Source: an uncultured Candidatus Rokubacteria bacterium
GTDB taxonomy: Bacteria > Methylomirabilota > Methylomirabilia > Rokubacteriales > CSP1-6
Direction of reading: 5' to 3'
Assembly: GCA_963771355.1 (NCBI GenBank)
Contig: CAVYTA010000006.1
Span: 2,464,001-2,528,000, forward strand
DNA length: 64,000 bases
Shown: one piece after another, positions 44,322-53,958 of the stretch
How positions within the stretch are numbered: the stretch's first letter is position 1
How the letters are laid out: the number at the start of each line of letters is the position of its first letter
Program-made: the position numbers and the translations under genes
The notes under the pieces: model-generated
Database searches by the model: none
Told to the model about the DNA's origin: nothing
The model's input: the letters and a program-made list of their open reading frames with translations, nothing else

Positions 44322-45431
44322 GTGAGGACGAGAGCGACGGTGGGTGCAATGCTGGGCGCGATGCTGCTCCTCATCGGCGGAGTCGGCGGCGTGGACGCGG
44401 TACCCACCGACGATGCGTACGTGGCCGGCTATGCCACGGCCATCCTGGAGCGCGAGTTTCGCGTTTCGGTGCCGTCCCTGGTGGTGCGCGACGGGGTGAT
44501 CACCTTCGCCGCCGGCGATCTGGCGGGCGCGGACCGGCTCGCGGTGGAGGCCTCTCTGGGACGCATCCGCGGAGTGCGGCGCGTGATCGCACTGAGCGCG
44601 CCCGCCGCCGCGGCCTCGAGCGCCGAGCCAGCCGGGGGAACGTCGGTGGCGGCGGTCACCGAGGCGTCAAGCTTCGAGGTGCTGCCCGCCGGTCTTCTCT
44701 TCCGCCCGCTCATCGCCGATCCACGCTGGCCGGCCTTCGGCACCACGGTCCGCCACTACTTCGACGACCAGCGGTGGACCTCCGTCGCCGCGGTGGCGCT
44801 CGGCGACATGTTGCCGATCGTGCGCGGGCGGATCGGCGAGAGCCTCCAGTGGGAGGCGGGGCTCTTCGCGGCCGTGTGGGGGCTCTTCGACATGGACACG
44901 GAGTCGGGGGACCTCATCAGCATGGACTACGTGGTGGGCGGGTTCGGGAGCCTCCGCCAGGGCCCGTGGTCCGGTATCGCGCGCGTCTTACACCGCAGCA
45001 CGCACCTCGGCGACGAGGAAGTCATAAACCGTGGCACCACCCGGGTGAACTTCAGCTACGAGAGCGCGGACGCCCGCGTCGCCTACGAGCCGTTCGAGTG
45101 GCTTCGCGTCTACGGGGGCGGCGGGTACGTTCTCCGCGTCGAGCCGAAGAACTACGCGCCCTGGAGTCTCACCCTGGGCGGCGAGCTCCGCAGCACCTGG
45201 ACCCTGCCGGGACGTCTGCGGCCGATATTCGGCGTGGACGTCCAGTCGCGCGAGGAGCATAACTGGGAGCCTCAGCTCTCCGTCCGCGCCGGCCTCGAGC
45301 TGGAAAGTGTCGCCGTGCTGGGCCGGCGGATCCAGCTCCTCATCGAGTACTTCAACGGGCACTCGATGGACGGTCAGTTCTACACGCGCGACGTCGAATA
45401 CCTCGGGCTCGGCGTGCACTTCAAGTTCTGA
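44322..45431 (+). CDS. DUF1207-like outer-membrane protein
   Basis: 'LFRPLIADPRWP', 'HRSTHLGDE', 'YFNGHS.DGQFY', C-terminal 'FKF'. Confidence 0.8.
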   Translation: MRTRATVGAMLGAMLLLIGGVGGVDAVPTDDAYVAGYATAILEREFRVSVPSLVVRDGVITFAAGDLAGADRLAVEASLGRIRGVRRVIALSAPAAAASSAEPAGGTSVAAVTEASSFEVLPAGLLFRPLIADPRWPAFGTTVRHYFDDQRWTSVAAVALGDMLPIVRGRIGESLQWEAGLFAAVWGLFDMDTESGDLISMDYVVGGFGSLRQGPWSGIARVLHRSTHLGDEEVINRGTTRVNFSYESADARVAYEPFEWLRVYGGGGYVLRVEPKNYAPWSLTLGGELRSTWTLPGRLRPIFGVDVQSREEHNWEPQLSVRAGLELESVAVLGRRIQLLIEYFNGHSMDGQFYTRDVEYLGLGVHFKF

Positions 45432-45468
45432 GTCGCCGGCGCCGCGCGCTCCCGGCGGGTCACCGCCT

Positions 45469-46554
45469 CTACCGGGGGACCATGCCCGTGAAGCGGGGCA
45501 TGACCTCCTTGGCGAGCAGCTCCATCGAGTGGTGCCAGGCCTTGGGATTCTCGCTGTAGTCGAAGCAGAACACGAGCAGGGTGCCGAAGCCGCCCACTTC
45601 CTCGTAGAGGCGGTTGAGCTTGTCCGACACGGTGGCCGGCGATCCGATGAGCCAGTTGTGCTTGGCGCAGTACTCGGGGGTCACGTCGGAGTCGGGCACC
45701 GCCGGATCGTGCTTCAGGTACTCCGTGAAGCCGAAGGCGGCCAGCAGCGGCAGGAAGTACTCGGTCATCATGCGGCCCATCATGCCGCCCGCCGAGAGGC
45801 GCAGCGCCTCCGCATCGGTATCGGCCACGAAGACCTCGCGGACCATCCGCCAGTCCGAACGCTTGGGGGTGCGCTTGCTCCGCGCCGCGCCCTCCTCCAC
45901 CGCGTCCCAGTGGCTCGACACGTACCCCGGGTTCAGGTTGAGGCTCATCGGCCAGAACCCGCGCTCGCCCGCCAGCTTGAGCGTGTCCGAGCCCTTGCTG
46001 AGCCCGGCGACGCCAATCGGCGGGTGCGGCTTCTGGAAGGGAAAGATGTGCGGCCGGAGCGTGCCGAACATCGTGCCGGTCTTGGTGACGTGCCAGAACT
46101 TCCCCTTGTAGTCGAACTCGGGCTCGTCGCTCCAGAGGCGCAGGATGATGTCGAGCGCCTCGCGCGTCATCTCCCGGTTCTGCCCCGACATGCCGTCCAC
46201 GTTGAACAGCGACCAGTCGCTCGGCAGCCCGCTGGCGGCCACCCCGAAGTTGAGCCGACCCTGGGCGAGATGGTCGAGCATGGCCACCCGATTGGCCAGC
46301 TCGGCCGGGTGGTGGTACGGCATCAGGAAGCCGCCGGGCCCGATGCGCATGCGCTTGGTCTGCATCAGCGCCTGGGCCACCAGCAGGTCCGGCGAGGGAT
46401 GCGGCTCCCAGGGCGCGGTGTGGTGCTCGCCGATCCAGGCCTCGCTGAAGCCCAGCTCGTCCGCCCAGCGGAGCTGCTGGAGATCCCACTGGTGCCCGTC
46501 GAAGAGCTTCCGCTCCGGCGGGTGTGAGGGCATGGTGAAGAGACCATAGTCCAT
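45469..46554 (-). CDS. LLM-class flavin-dependent monooxygenase
   Basis: 'FTMPSHPPE', 'EAWIGEHH', 'YHHPAELANRVAMLDHL'. Confidence 0.92.
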   Translation of the reverse strand: MDYGLFTMPSHPPERKLFDGHQWDLQQLRWADELGFSEAWIGEHHTAPWEPHPSPDLLVAQALMQTKRMRIGPGGFLMPYHHPAELANRVAMLDHLAQGRLNFGVAASGLPSDWSLFNVDGMSGQNREMTREALDIILRLWSDEPEFDYKGKFWHVTKTGTMFGTLRPHIFPFQKPHPPIGVAGLSKGSDTLKLAGERGFWPMSLNLNPGYVSSHWDAVEEGAARSKRTPKRSDWRMVREVFVADTDAEALRLSAGGMMGRMMTEYFLPLLAAFGFTEYLKHDPAVPDSDVTPEYCAKHNWLIGSPATVSDKLNRLYEEVGGFGTLLVFCFDYSENPKAWHHSMELLAKEVMPRFTGMVPR

Positions 46555-46599
46555 GGCGTGCCTCCTCGTGCTCAGGGAAAGCGCGGCCGCCGTCGCTTG

Positions 46600-46953
46600 C
46601 TAGCGCGCGGCCAGCAGCTCCACCTCGAAGATCAGGGTCGCGCCGGGCGGAATGACGCCGCCGGCGCCCCGGTCGCCATAGCCCAGCGCGGCCGGAATGA
46701 TGAGCTTCCGCTTCCCTCCCACCTTCATGGTCCCCACGCCCTCGTCCCAGCCCTTGATGACCTGGCCGCGCCCGATAGGAAACTCCAGCGGCTGGCCGCG
46801 ATCCACCGAGGAGTCGAACTTCTTGCCGCTCTCGAGCCAGCCGGTATAGTGCACGCTGACCGTCTGACCCGGCGTGGGGGTGGCGCCTTTGCCCTCGGCC
46901 AGCTCGACATAGCCGAGCCCGGAGGCGGTGCGAATGACGTTCTCGTCGGCCAC
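46600..46953 (-). CDS. FKBP-type peptidyl-prolyl isomerase
   Basis: 'VHYTGWL..GKKFDSS.DR', 'VIKGWDEG', '[14 protein letters not shown]'. Confidence 0.95.
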   Translation of the reverse strand: MADENVIRTASGLGYVELAEGKGATPTPGQTVSVHYTGWLESGKKFDSSVDRGQPLEFPIGRGQVIKGWDEGVGTMKVGGKRKLIIPAALGYGDRGAGGVIPPGATLIFEVELLAAR

Positions 46954-46967
46954 GGCAGCTGCCCCCC

Positions 46968-47294
46968 CTACTGCATCGGCGAGTAGACGGTGGGCTTGAG
47001 AATCTGCGCCGTGAGGCGGGCGACCAGCGGGCCGTTCTTCTCGGTCTCCGCGAACTTGGCCAGACGCTCCTTGTCGGTGAAGAACCCCGCCCACTTCTTC
47101 TCCCGGTCGGCCAGGCTGTCGTAGGCGAGGATGTAGAGGAGCTGGTCGGACGAGCCGCCGAGCTCATTGGTCCAGAAGCCGACGACCTGGATATTGTGCT
47201 TCTTGAAGAAGTCCATGGTGATCTCGGCAAAGCGGCGGTTGAGGTCAGGCAGACGGCCCGGCATGGCATGATAGGTGCGGAGCTCGTAGATCAT
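46968..47294 (-). CDS. NIPSNAP family protein
   Basis: 'IYELRTY', 'LKPTVYSP'. Confidence 0.92.
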   Translation of the reverse strand: MIYELRTYHAMPGRLPDLNRRFAEITMDFFKKHNIQVVGFWTNELGGSSDQLLYILAYDSLADREKKWAGFFTDKERLAKFAETEKNGPLVARLTAQILKPTVYSPMQ

Positions 47295-47444
47295 GGCTGG
47301 CGGCGCCTCCATTGGCGTGGGCCCCGGCGCGGGGCCCGGCGTGGGTTGGTGAAGCGAGCGATCACCGGGCGACTCTAGGCGCGCGTCTGACCGCTGTCAA
47401 GGCGCCGGTTGCCACCTCGCTTCAGACGCAGTATTGTTCCGCGC

Positions 47445-48482
47445 ATGACGCCACCCCGATACGTGACCCTGCCGGAGATCCGCGAGGCCGCCCGCCAGAA
47501 GCTTCCCCGGGATGCGTGGAATTTTGGCGACGGCGCCGCCGAGACCGAGACCACGCTGCGCCGGAACCGCGAGCACCTGGACCGGCTGGCCATCCGCCAG
47601 TCGGTGCTGGTGGACGTGCGCAAGATCGATCTCTCCACCACCTTCCTGGGCAAGCCGCTGACCTGGCCGGTAGCGGTGGCGCCCATGGGCGGGCTCATCC
47701 TCTTCCACCCCGAGGGCGACTGCGAGATGGCGCGCGGCTGCGCGCAGGGCGATACGCTGCAGTTCCTCTCCGGCGCCACCGGCTGGCCGGTGGAGGACGT
47801 GGCGCGGGCGGCGGCGGGGCCGAAGGCGTTCCAGCTCTATCACCACGGGGATCGCGGGTGGGTGGGCGAGCTCATGCAGCGGGTGGAGGCCTCGGGCTAC
47901 AACTCGGTGACCTTGACGGTGGACGTGCAGTGGTACGGGCGCCGCGAGCGCGACATCTTCAACCGCTTCGTGCCGCGCGAGGCCATGTCCAAGGCCCCCA
48001 ACCCGCGGGGGCCGGACCAGACCTACCAGGCGCGCCTCACCTGGGACGACGTGGAGTGGCTGCGGAAGACCGTCCGCCTGCCCATCGGGGTGAAGGGCAT
48101 CATGACGCCCGACGACGCGCGGCGCGCGGTCGAGCGCGGGGTGGAGATCATCTGGGTGTCGAACCACGGGGGCCGGCAGCTCGACCACACGCAGAGCACC
48201 ATCGACGCCCTGCCGCCCATCGTGGATGCAGTGGCGGGGGCGGCCACCGTGATGGTGGACGGCGGCTTCTGCCGTGGCACCGACGTGGCCAAGGCCCTCG
48301 CGCGCGGCGCCAGCCTCGTGGCCATCGGCCGCACCGCGCTCTGGGGCCTCGCCGCCGACGGCGCCGCCGGCGTCGCGCGCGTGATGGAGATTCTCCGGGA
48401 GGAGCTCTCCACCACCCTCGCGCTGTCCGGTCAGACGAGCGTCAAGGGCCTCAAATCAGACTACGTGTTCCGGGTCGACTGA
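47445..48482 (+). CDS. FMN-dependent alpha-hydroxy acid oxidase/dehydrogenase
   Basis: 'LTVD', 'VKGI', 'SNHGGRQLD', 'DGG..GTDV.KALA.GA'. Confidence 0.93.
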   Translation: MTPPRYVTLPEIREAARQKLPRDAWNFGDGAAETETTLRRNREHLDRLAIRQSVLVDVRKIDLSTTFLGKPLTWPVAVAPMGGLILFHPEGDCEMARGCAQGDTLQFLSGATGWPVEDVARAAAGPKAFQLYHHGDRGWVGELMQRVEASGYNSVTLTVDVQWYGRRERDIFNRFVPREAMSKAPNPRGPDQTYQARLTWDDVEWLRKTVRLPIGVKGIMTPDDARRAVERGVEIIWVSNHGGRQLDHTQSTIDALPPIVDAVAGAATVMVDGGFCRGTDVAKALARGASLVAIGRTALWGLAADGAAGVARVMEILREELSTTLALSGQTSVKGLKSDYVFRVD

Positions 48483-48517
48483 CACGCGGTGTCGACTGAC
48501 TCCCGCCGTCGATCGAG

Positions 48518-48655
48518 CTACTTCGTCACCTTGTCCACGGCCTTATCGACCTTCTCCCCGGCCTTCTCCATGGGGCCCTTCTCGCACCCCACGACCCCGA
48601 GCGCCGTCACCAGTGTGACCACGGTCGCGAGCGCGCGCACCCGGGGCAGCCTCAT
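48518..48655 (-). CDS. Small lipoprotein (45 aa)
   Basis: 'LGVVG-C-EKGPMEKAGEKVDKAV'; ATG overlaps upstream TAA. Confidence 0.75.
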   Translation of the reverse strand: MRLPRVRALATVVTLVTALGVVGCEKGPMEKAGEKVDKAVDKVTK

Positions 48656-48729
48656 TACCTGAGCCCGAGGAAGCCGAGGATCGCGACGATCACCACGACG
48701 ACGCCGATGATGTAGAAGATATTGCTCAT
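48655..48729 (-). CDS. 24-aa single-TM small protein
   Basis: MSNIFYIIGVVVVIVAILGFLGLR with AGGAGG RBS. Confidence 0.7.
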   Translation of the reverse strand: MSNIFYIIGVVVVIVAILGFLGLR

Positions 48730-48892
48730 GGCTGTGTCCTCCTGACGGGGGGCTACTGCAACTCGCGTTCCGGGAGCGGGCGGGCAGGCCGAGCACGGAA
48801 CTGGCCGACTTTTCAGCACTCTTCTCGAGCCCGTGGTTTCCCGCCTGATCGCGACCGAGTAAGAATGGGCCGGTGAGAAGTATCGGCGCGGC

Positions 48893-49783
48893 TCAGCGGC
48901 CCGTTTCCCGCTGCTCCAGCGCGGTGTGGACGACGAGCGCGGCCAGGATGATGGCGCCGCCGACCAGGGCTGCGGGCGCGGGCGTTTCCCCGAGGGCCAG
49001 CCACACCCACACCGGGCCGAGCACGCTCTCGAGCACGGCGATGAGCGAAGCGTCCGCGACGGGGATGAGACGCGCCCCCGCCGTGAAGAGCACGAGGCCG
49101 AATCCGAGCTGGGCCGCGCCGAAGAGCGCGAGCAGGGCAAGGTCGGCGGGCCCGGCCTCGAGCGGCCTGGCCGGGTGCCACGCGAAGAGGGCGGAGAAGA
49201 CGCTGGCCAGCCCCGCCGCCGCCGTCATCCGCACCTCGCGATGCCGCCGGACGATCACCGTGGCGGCGGCGAAGGCGATGGCGGTGACCAGCGCGAGGAG
49301 GTCGCCGCCGATCGAGCCCGCGCCCCACGAGTGCGAGGCCATCACGGTGGCGCCCGCCAGCGCCGCCGCCATGGCGAGCCAGCTCCGGCGCCGCACGCGC
49401 TCGCCCAGCCACGCCCAGCCCAGGAGCGCCGCGATGAAGGGCGAGGTGCTCTGGATGATGAGAGTGTTCGCCACCGTCGTCCGCGCCAGCGCGTTGATGA
49501 AGCACGTGGAGGCGGTGGCGAAGCAGACCGCCATCGCCACGCCCGGCCAGCCCATGCCCCAACCAATCCGATGGAGCCGCGCCCAGCCCGCGCCGCGCTC
49601 CTGGAAGACGGTGACACCGAGCAGGAACGCGGCCGCGAAGATGGAGCGCCAGAACACCGTGGTCCAGGTGTCGGTGGCCACCAGCCGCGCCAGCAGTCCC
49701 CCCAGGCTCCAGCAGAGGGCCGCCGCCGCGACGAGAACGACGCCGCGCGAGCGCTCAGCCGCCGAGGCGGCCGTAGAGGACAT
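48893..49783 (-). CDS. DMT/EamA family transporter
   Basis: About 10 TM segments; 'WSLGGL', 'LGER', 'LGPVWVWL..GE.P'. Confidence 0.9.
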   Translation of the reverse strand: MSSTAASAAERSRGVVLVAAAALCWSLGGLLARLVATDTWTTVFWRSIFAAAFLLGVTVFQERGAGWARLHRIGWGMGWPGVAMAVCFATASTCFINALARTTVANTLIIQSTSPFIAALLGWAWLGERVRRRSWLAMAAALAGATVMASHSWGAGSIGGDLLALVTAIAFAAATVIVRRHREVRMTAAAGLASVFSALFAWHPARPLEAGPADLALLALFGAAQLGFGLVLFTAGARLIPVADASLIAVLESVLGPVWVWLALGETPAPAALVGGAIILAALVVHTALEQRETGR

Positions 49784-50111
49784 GCCGCCGGTTCTTGGTG
49801 TACTGACGCACCTGGCCCGGCCAGCGCCCCTCCTCCACGGCGCGCGCCCACGCGTCGGACACCAGGACCTCGGGGCTCTCGATCTCGTAAAGCGCGCCGT
49901 ACCGTGGCTCGTTCTCGATCACGATCCGCTTGCGCTCGCCGCCGATGGACAGCGTGAGCTCTTCCGTCTTGAAGCGCGCCACCGCGATCACGCCGGGCAC
50001 TTTCAGGAGATTGGGCACGTGCTCGGTGTCGTACACCTCGTTGAAGAGGGCTTCCTTGGCGGGCTCCACGTCCATGGACGCGCTGAAGACATACCGGCTC
50101 TTGATGGGCAT
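49755..50111 (-). CDS. Hypothetical dimeric alpha-beta barrel (EthD/DUF4286-like) protein
   Basis: 'FNEVYDTEHVPNLLKVPG', 'YGALYEIES'. Confidence 0.7.
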   Translation of the reverse strand: MPIKSRYVFSASMDVEPAKEALFNEVYDTEHVPNLLKVPGVIAVARFKTEELTLSIGGERKRIVIENEPRYGALYEIESPEVLVSDAWARAVEEGRWPGQVRQYTKNRRHVLYGRLGG

Positions 50112-50434
50112 CAGCGGGCTCCTCCGGGTGCGGGGGTGGGGGTCTTGAGCTCGATCTCCACGAAGACGAACTCGAAGGCGTTCGCGTTGCGCACGTCGTG
50201 CTCGGCGCCGGCCGGCCGGTAGTAGGCCTGGCCGATGACGAGATCGCCGCTGGCGTCGCCGGCGGCGGCGGTGAGCGCGAGCCGCCCCGTCGTCATCGGC
50301 ACCACCACGTAGGGATACTCGTGACGGTGATGGCCCGTGGCCGCGCCGGGCGCGAAGCGCCACTCGGTGACACGCACCATCTCGTTGTCCACCTGAACGG
50401 TCGGCACCGCGCGCGGATCGATGGGTTTGGACAT
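50111..50434 (-). CDS. Cupin domain protein
   Basis: 'TGHHRHEYPYVVVP', 'GAEHDVRN', 'FVEIELK'. Confidence 0.88.
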   Translation of the reverse strand: MSKPIDPRAVPTVQVDNEMVRVTEWRFAPGAATGHHRHEYPYVVVPMTTGRLALTAAAGDASGDLVIGQAYYRPAGAEHDVRNANAFEFVFVEIELKTPTPAPGGAR

Positions 50435-50481
50435 GGGCGGAAGCCTAGCACACGCCTGCCGCGCAGGGGTATGCTGCCGCC

Positions 50482-51225
50482 ATGGTCACCACGGTCGTGA
50501 CACGCGCGGGTCTGGCCCTCGCGCTGGCCAGCGCGCTGACGCTGGCGCTCGCCGGCCTCGGGCACCGGTGGAGCTGGTGGGGCGTGGCCGCGAGCTTCAG
50601 CGTTTTGCGCATAGCGGGCTTCGCCGCCGCGGGCGTGGCGGTGCTCGCCCTCGTCGGCATCGGCCTCGCTGCGGTGGGACGCCGCTGGCCCGCCCTCGTC
50701 ATCGCGGTGGTGGCGCTCGTCTTGGCGCTGACGGTGGTGTGGGTCCCCCGCAATCTCCAGGCGATGGCGCGAAGCGTGCCGCCCATCCACGACATCAGCA
50801 CCGACACCGAGAACCCGCCCGCCTTCGTGGCGGTCGCGGAGCGCCGGCGCGGCGCGCCGAATCCCGCTGCCTATGACGGTCCCGAGGTCGCCGCCCAGCA
50901 GAAGAAGGGCTATCCCGACCTCGGCCCGCTGACTCTCCCCGCGCCACCGGATCGCGCCTTAGCCGCCGCGGAGGCGGCCGCGCGGAAGCTTGGCTGGGAG
51001 ATCGTCGCCGTCGTGCCCGCCGAGGGCCGGCTCGAGGCCACCGCCACCACGCCCTGGTTCGGCTTCAAGGACGACGTGGTGGTCCGCCTCACGCCCGCGG
51101 GCACCGGCAGCCGTGTGGACGTGCGCTCCAAGTCGCGCGTGGGGCGCAGCGATCTCGGCGCCAACGCCAAGCGGATCCGCGCCTTCCTCGCCGAGCTGTC
51201 CGCCCGTCTGTCGACAGCCGCCTGA
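50482..51225 (+). CDS. DUF1499 domain membrane protein
   Basis: 'PPIHDISTD', 'FGFKDDVVVR', 'DVRSKSRVGRSDLGAN..RI'. Confidence 0.92.
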   Translation: MVTTVVTRAGLALALASALTLALAGLGHRWSWWGVAASFSVLRIAGFAAAGVAVLALVGIGLAAVGRRWPALVIAVVALVLALTVVWVPRNLQAMARSVPPIHDISTDTENPPAFVAVAERRRGAPNPAAYDGPEVAAQQKKGYPDLGPLTLPAPPDRALAAAEAAARKLGWEIVAVVPAEGRLEATATTPWFGFKDDVVVRLTPAGTGSRVDVRSKSRVGRSDLGANAKRIRAFLAELSARLSTAA

Positions 51226-51229
51226 GCCG

Positions 51230-51988
51230 CTACTCCACCCCCGTCGCCGCGAACACCGCGCGTGACGCGGGCGTGGAGATGTGGCGGACGAAGGCCGCCG
51301 CCGGCCCGGGCGCCGCGCTCTTCGTGAGGACGGCCGCCACGTAGGTGGTGTGGTTCTGAATGGGCGCGGGCAGCGGTCCCACGAGCCGGATCCCCTTCGC
51401 CTCGTAGGGGCGGATCTCGGTCACGGGCCCGATGCCGATCTCGTAGCCCCGGCCGCGGATCACGTGCTCCATCACCGTGGTGCCGTCGGGATAGCGCGTG
51501 GTCTTCGCGGCCACCGCCTCGGCGATGCCCAGGCGGTCCAGTACCCGCTCGAAATAGGTGCCGGTGGACGCGCGGTTGAAGACCAGCGACTCGCAGTCCA
51601 GCAGAGCCTGGCGCAGGGCCTCCGGTGTCGCGACGTCGGGCACGCGCGCCCCCGCGCGCACCACCACCGCCACGCCGACCTTGCCCACCGTCTCGCGCGG
51701 GCTGTCCACGAGGGCGCCGGCGCGGGCGAGGGCCTCCATCACCGGCACGGGGGCGATGAGCACGTCGGGGGTCTCCCCCGCCTCGACGCGCCGGCGCAGG
51801 AGATTGGGCACCGCCACCGTGAGTCGCACCGCATGCCCCGACTCGCGCCGGAAGGCCTCGATGAGCGGCCCGAGCCCCGCCTCCATCGCGCCCGCGCTGT
51901 ACACCGAGAGCTCGGCGGCGGCGCCGATGGCCGGCGCGGCGAGCCATCCGAGCCAGAGCGCCAGGATCAGGCCGCGGCGGCGCCTCAC
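51230..51988 (-). CDS. Molybdate/ModA-like substrate-binding protein
   Basis: Signal peptide; 'SAGAM', 'ASTGTYF', 'LVGPLP..IQNHTTY'. Confidence 0.8.
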   Translation of the reverse strand: MRRRRGLILALWLGWLAAPAIGAAAELSVYSAGAMEAGLGPLIEAFRRESGHAVRLTVAVPNLLRRRVEAGETPDVLIAPVPVMEALARAGALVDSPRETVGKVGVAVVVRAGARVPDVATPEALRQALLDCESLVFNRASTGTYFERVLDRLGIAEAVAAKTTRYPDGTTVMEHVIRGRGYEIGIGPVTEIRPYEAKGIRLVGPLPAPIQNHTTYVAAVLTKSAAPGPAAAFVRHISTPASRAVFAATGVE

Positions 51989-52869
51989 GGCTTGCCGATC
52001 ACGCGCAGCACGGCGGTGTAGTAGTGCTCCGCGTAACCGGCGGCGGCGGTGCGCTCCATGAGGCGCTTGGTGGTCTCCGCCTGTTCCAGGGTAATGCCCG
52101 CTGACTCGGCCAACCCCAGCGCGTACGCCAGGTCCTTGATGATGTAGCTCGTGGGGAAGGCGCCCTCGGTCGGGTGGCGATCGGGAAGCAGCGACTTCAT
52201 GCCGTGATTGCGGAGCACGAAGCTGTCGGCGGAGCCCTTGGTGAGGGTCTCCAGCAGCACGCCGGGATCCACCGCGCCCGAGGCCCGCGCCACCACGAGG
52301 GCCTCCGCCAGGGCGACGACCGTCTGCGCCACCACCATGTTGTTCATGAGCTTCACCGCCTGCCCTGCGCCGACGGCGCCGCAGTGGGTGATCTCGGCGC
52401 CCATGCAGGCCAGATAGGGCCGGAGCCGCGCGAAGAGGGCGGGGTCGCCGCCGACCATGATGCTGAGCGTGCCGTCGCGCGCGGCCTGGGCGGTGCGCGC
52501 CACCGGCGCGTCGGCGAACTGCGCGCCGCGCGCCGCGAAGGCGGCGGCCAGCTCGCGCGCGAGCGCCACCGGACAGGTGCTCATGTCCACCACCGTCTGG
52601 CCCGGCCGAACCATCGAGGCGAGCCCGCCCGCACCCAGGCACACCGCCCGCACCTGCGGCTCGCCGGGGAGGCAGAGAAAGATGATCTCCGCGCGCGCGA
52701 CCAGGTCGGCCGTCGACGGCGCCGCCGTCACGCCGTCCCGGCCCAGCGCCTCCAGCGGGCCCGGCCGCGTGTCGTGCGCCACGACCGCCGCGCCGGACTT
52801 CTTCGCGAGGTTGCGGCACATCGCTTCCCCCATCACCCCCAGCCCGATGAATCCCAGCGTGGTTGCCAT
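51985..52869 (-). CDS. 3-hydroxyisobutyrate dehydrogenase-family NAD(P)-dependent oxidoreductase
   Basis: 'GFIGLGVMG', 'DMST', 'DAPVAR', 'KLMNN'. Confidence 0.92.
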   Translation of the reverse strand: MATTLGFIGLGVMGEAMCRNLAKKSGAAVVAHDTRPGPLEALGRDGVTAAPSTADLVARAEIIFLCLPGEPQVRAVCLGAGGLASMVRPGQTVVDMSTCPVALARELAAAFAARGAQFADAPVARTAQAARDGTLSIMVGGDPALFARLRPYLACMGAEITHCGAVGAGQAVKLMNNMVVAQTVVALAEALVVARASGAVDPGVLLETLTKGSADSFVLRNHGMKSLLPDRHPTEGAFPTSYIIKDLAYALGLAESAGITLEQAETTKRLMERTAAAGYAEHYYTAVLRVIGKP

Positions 52870-52879
52870 CGCTCCTCCT

Positions 52880-53395
52880 CTATCGCCAGACCCAGCCGGC
52901 GAGCCCGGCCGCCAGCACCACCGCGACGGGCGGCACCGGCCGTAGCGCGAGCGCGATCGCCGCCGCCGCCGCGACGGCCCCGGTGAACGGATCGTGAATG
53001 GCCGAGCGCGCGAGCGTGTAGACCCCGCCCGCCATGAGCCCGATGCCGATGGGGGCCAGAGTACGCTCCGCCGCCATCGCCCAGGGGCGTCCCCGCACCC
53101 GGCGCCAGCGCTGCGCGACCACCGCGGTGACGATGGCGGGCGGCACGAACATGGCGAAGGCCGCGAGGAGCCCGCCCGCGAGGCCGTGGGCCCGATAGCC
53201 GATGAAGGCGGCCACTTTCATGTTGGGCCCCGGTGTGAGCTGGGCCAGCGTGTAGCCGTCCAGGAACTCGCGCGCGGAGAGCCAGTGGTGCACGGTCACC
53301 GTCTGGCGCTCCAGCTCGGGGATGATGCCCAGCCCGCCGCCGATGCAGAGAAAGGACAGCCAGAGAAAGGTCCACGCCAGGCGCAGGAGGTCCAT
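52880..53395 (-). CDS. Short-chain chromate transporter subunit
   Basis: 'IGGG', 'AQLTPGPN'. Confidence 0.88.
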   Translation of the reverse strand: MDLLRLAWTFLWLSFLCIGGGLGIIPELERQTVTVHHWLSAREFLDGYTLAQLTPGPNMKVAAFIGYRAHGLAGGLLAAFAMFVPPAIVTAVVAQRWRRVRGRPWAMAAERTLAPIGIGLMAGGVYTLARSAIHDPFTGAVAAAAAIALALRPVPPVAVVLAAGLAGWVWR

Positions 53396-53958
53396 CAGGC
53401 GCCGCCCCGGGGCGTGAGGGCGTCGGAGGCCCGGGGCCGGTGGAGCCAGAGACCGACCGCGCTGGCGGCGGCGATGACCCACACCGTGGGCAGGCCGAGC
53501 GGGCCGACCGCGACCGCGGTGGCGGCGGCGAGGAGCACCGCCAGGCGCCCGCGTAATCCGGCGCGGATGATGCGCGTGGACATGACCGCGACGAGCCCGA
53601 CCACCGCCGCGCCCATCCCCTGCATCGCCGAGCCCGCCCCCGCGGTGAAGCCGCCGCGCAGGTAGATGGCAGCGAGGGCGAGGAGGATGACGACGCCGGG
53701 CAGGACGAGGGCGACGAGCGCGCAGGCGGCGCCCGCGAACCCCGCGAGACGAAACCCCAGCGCCACCGCCAGATTGGAGAAGTTGGGCCCGGGGAGGATC
53801 TGGCTGATGGCGAGGTCCTGGAGGAACTCCTCGTCGCTCAGCCAGCGCCGGCGGGTCACGAGCGCGTCGTGGAAGTAGGCGCTGCGGCCGCCGCCCAGGC
53901 TGGCGAGGCCCACCCAGGCGAAGACCGCGGTGAGCCGCCCGAGCCCCGGGCGCGTCAC
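53395..53958 (-). CDS. Short-chain chromate transporter subunit
   Basis: 'SLGGG', 'WLSDEEF', 'SQILPGPN'. Confidence 0.88.
   Translation of the reverse strand: MTRPGLGRLTAVFAWVGLASLGGGRSAYFHDALVTRRRWLSDEEFLQDLAISQILPGPNFSNLAVALGFRLAGFAGAACALVALVLPGVVILLALAAIYLRGGFTAGAGSAMQGMGAAVVGLVAVMSTRIIRAGLRGRLAVLLAAATAVAVGPLGLPTVWVIAAASAVGLWLHRPRASDALTPRGGA

Noticed and set aside
48474..48500. 10-bp direct repeat GTCGACTGAC at a gene end
   Set aside because: Too short, with no associated element
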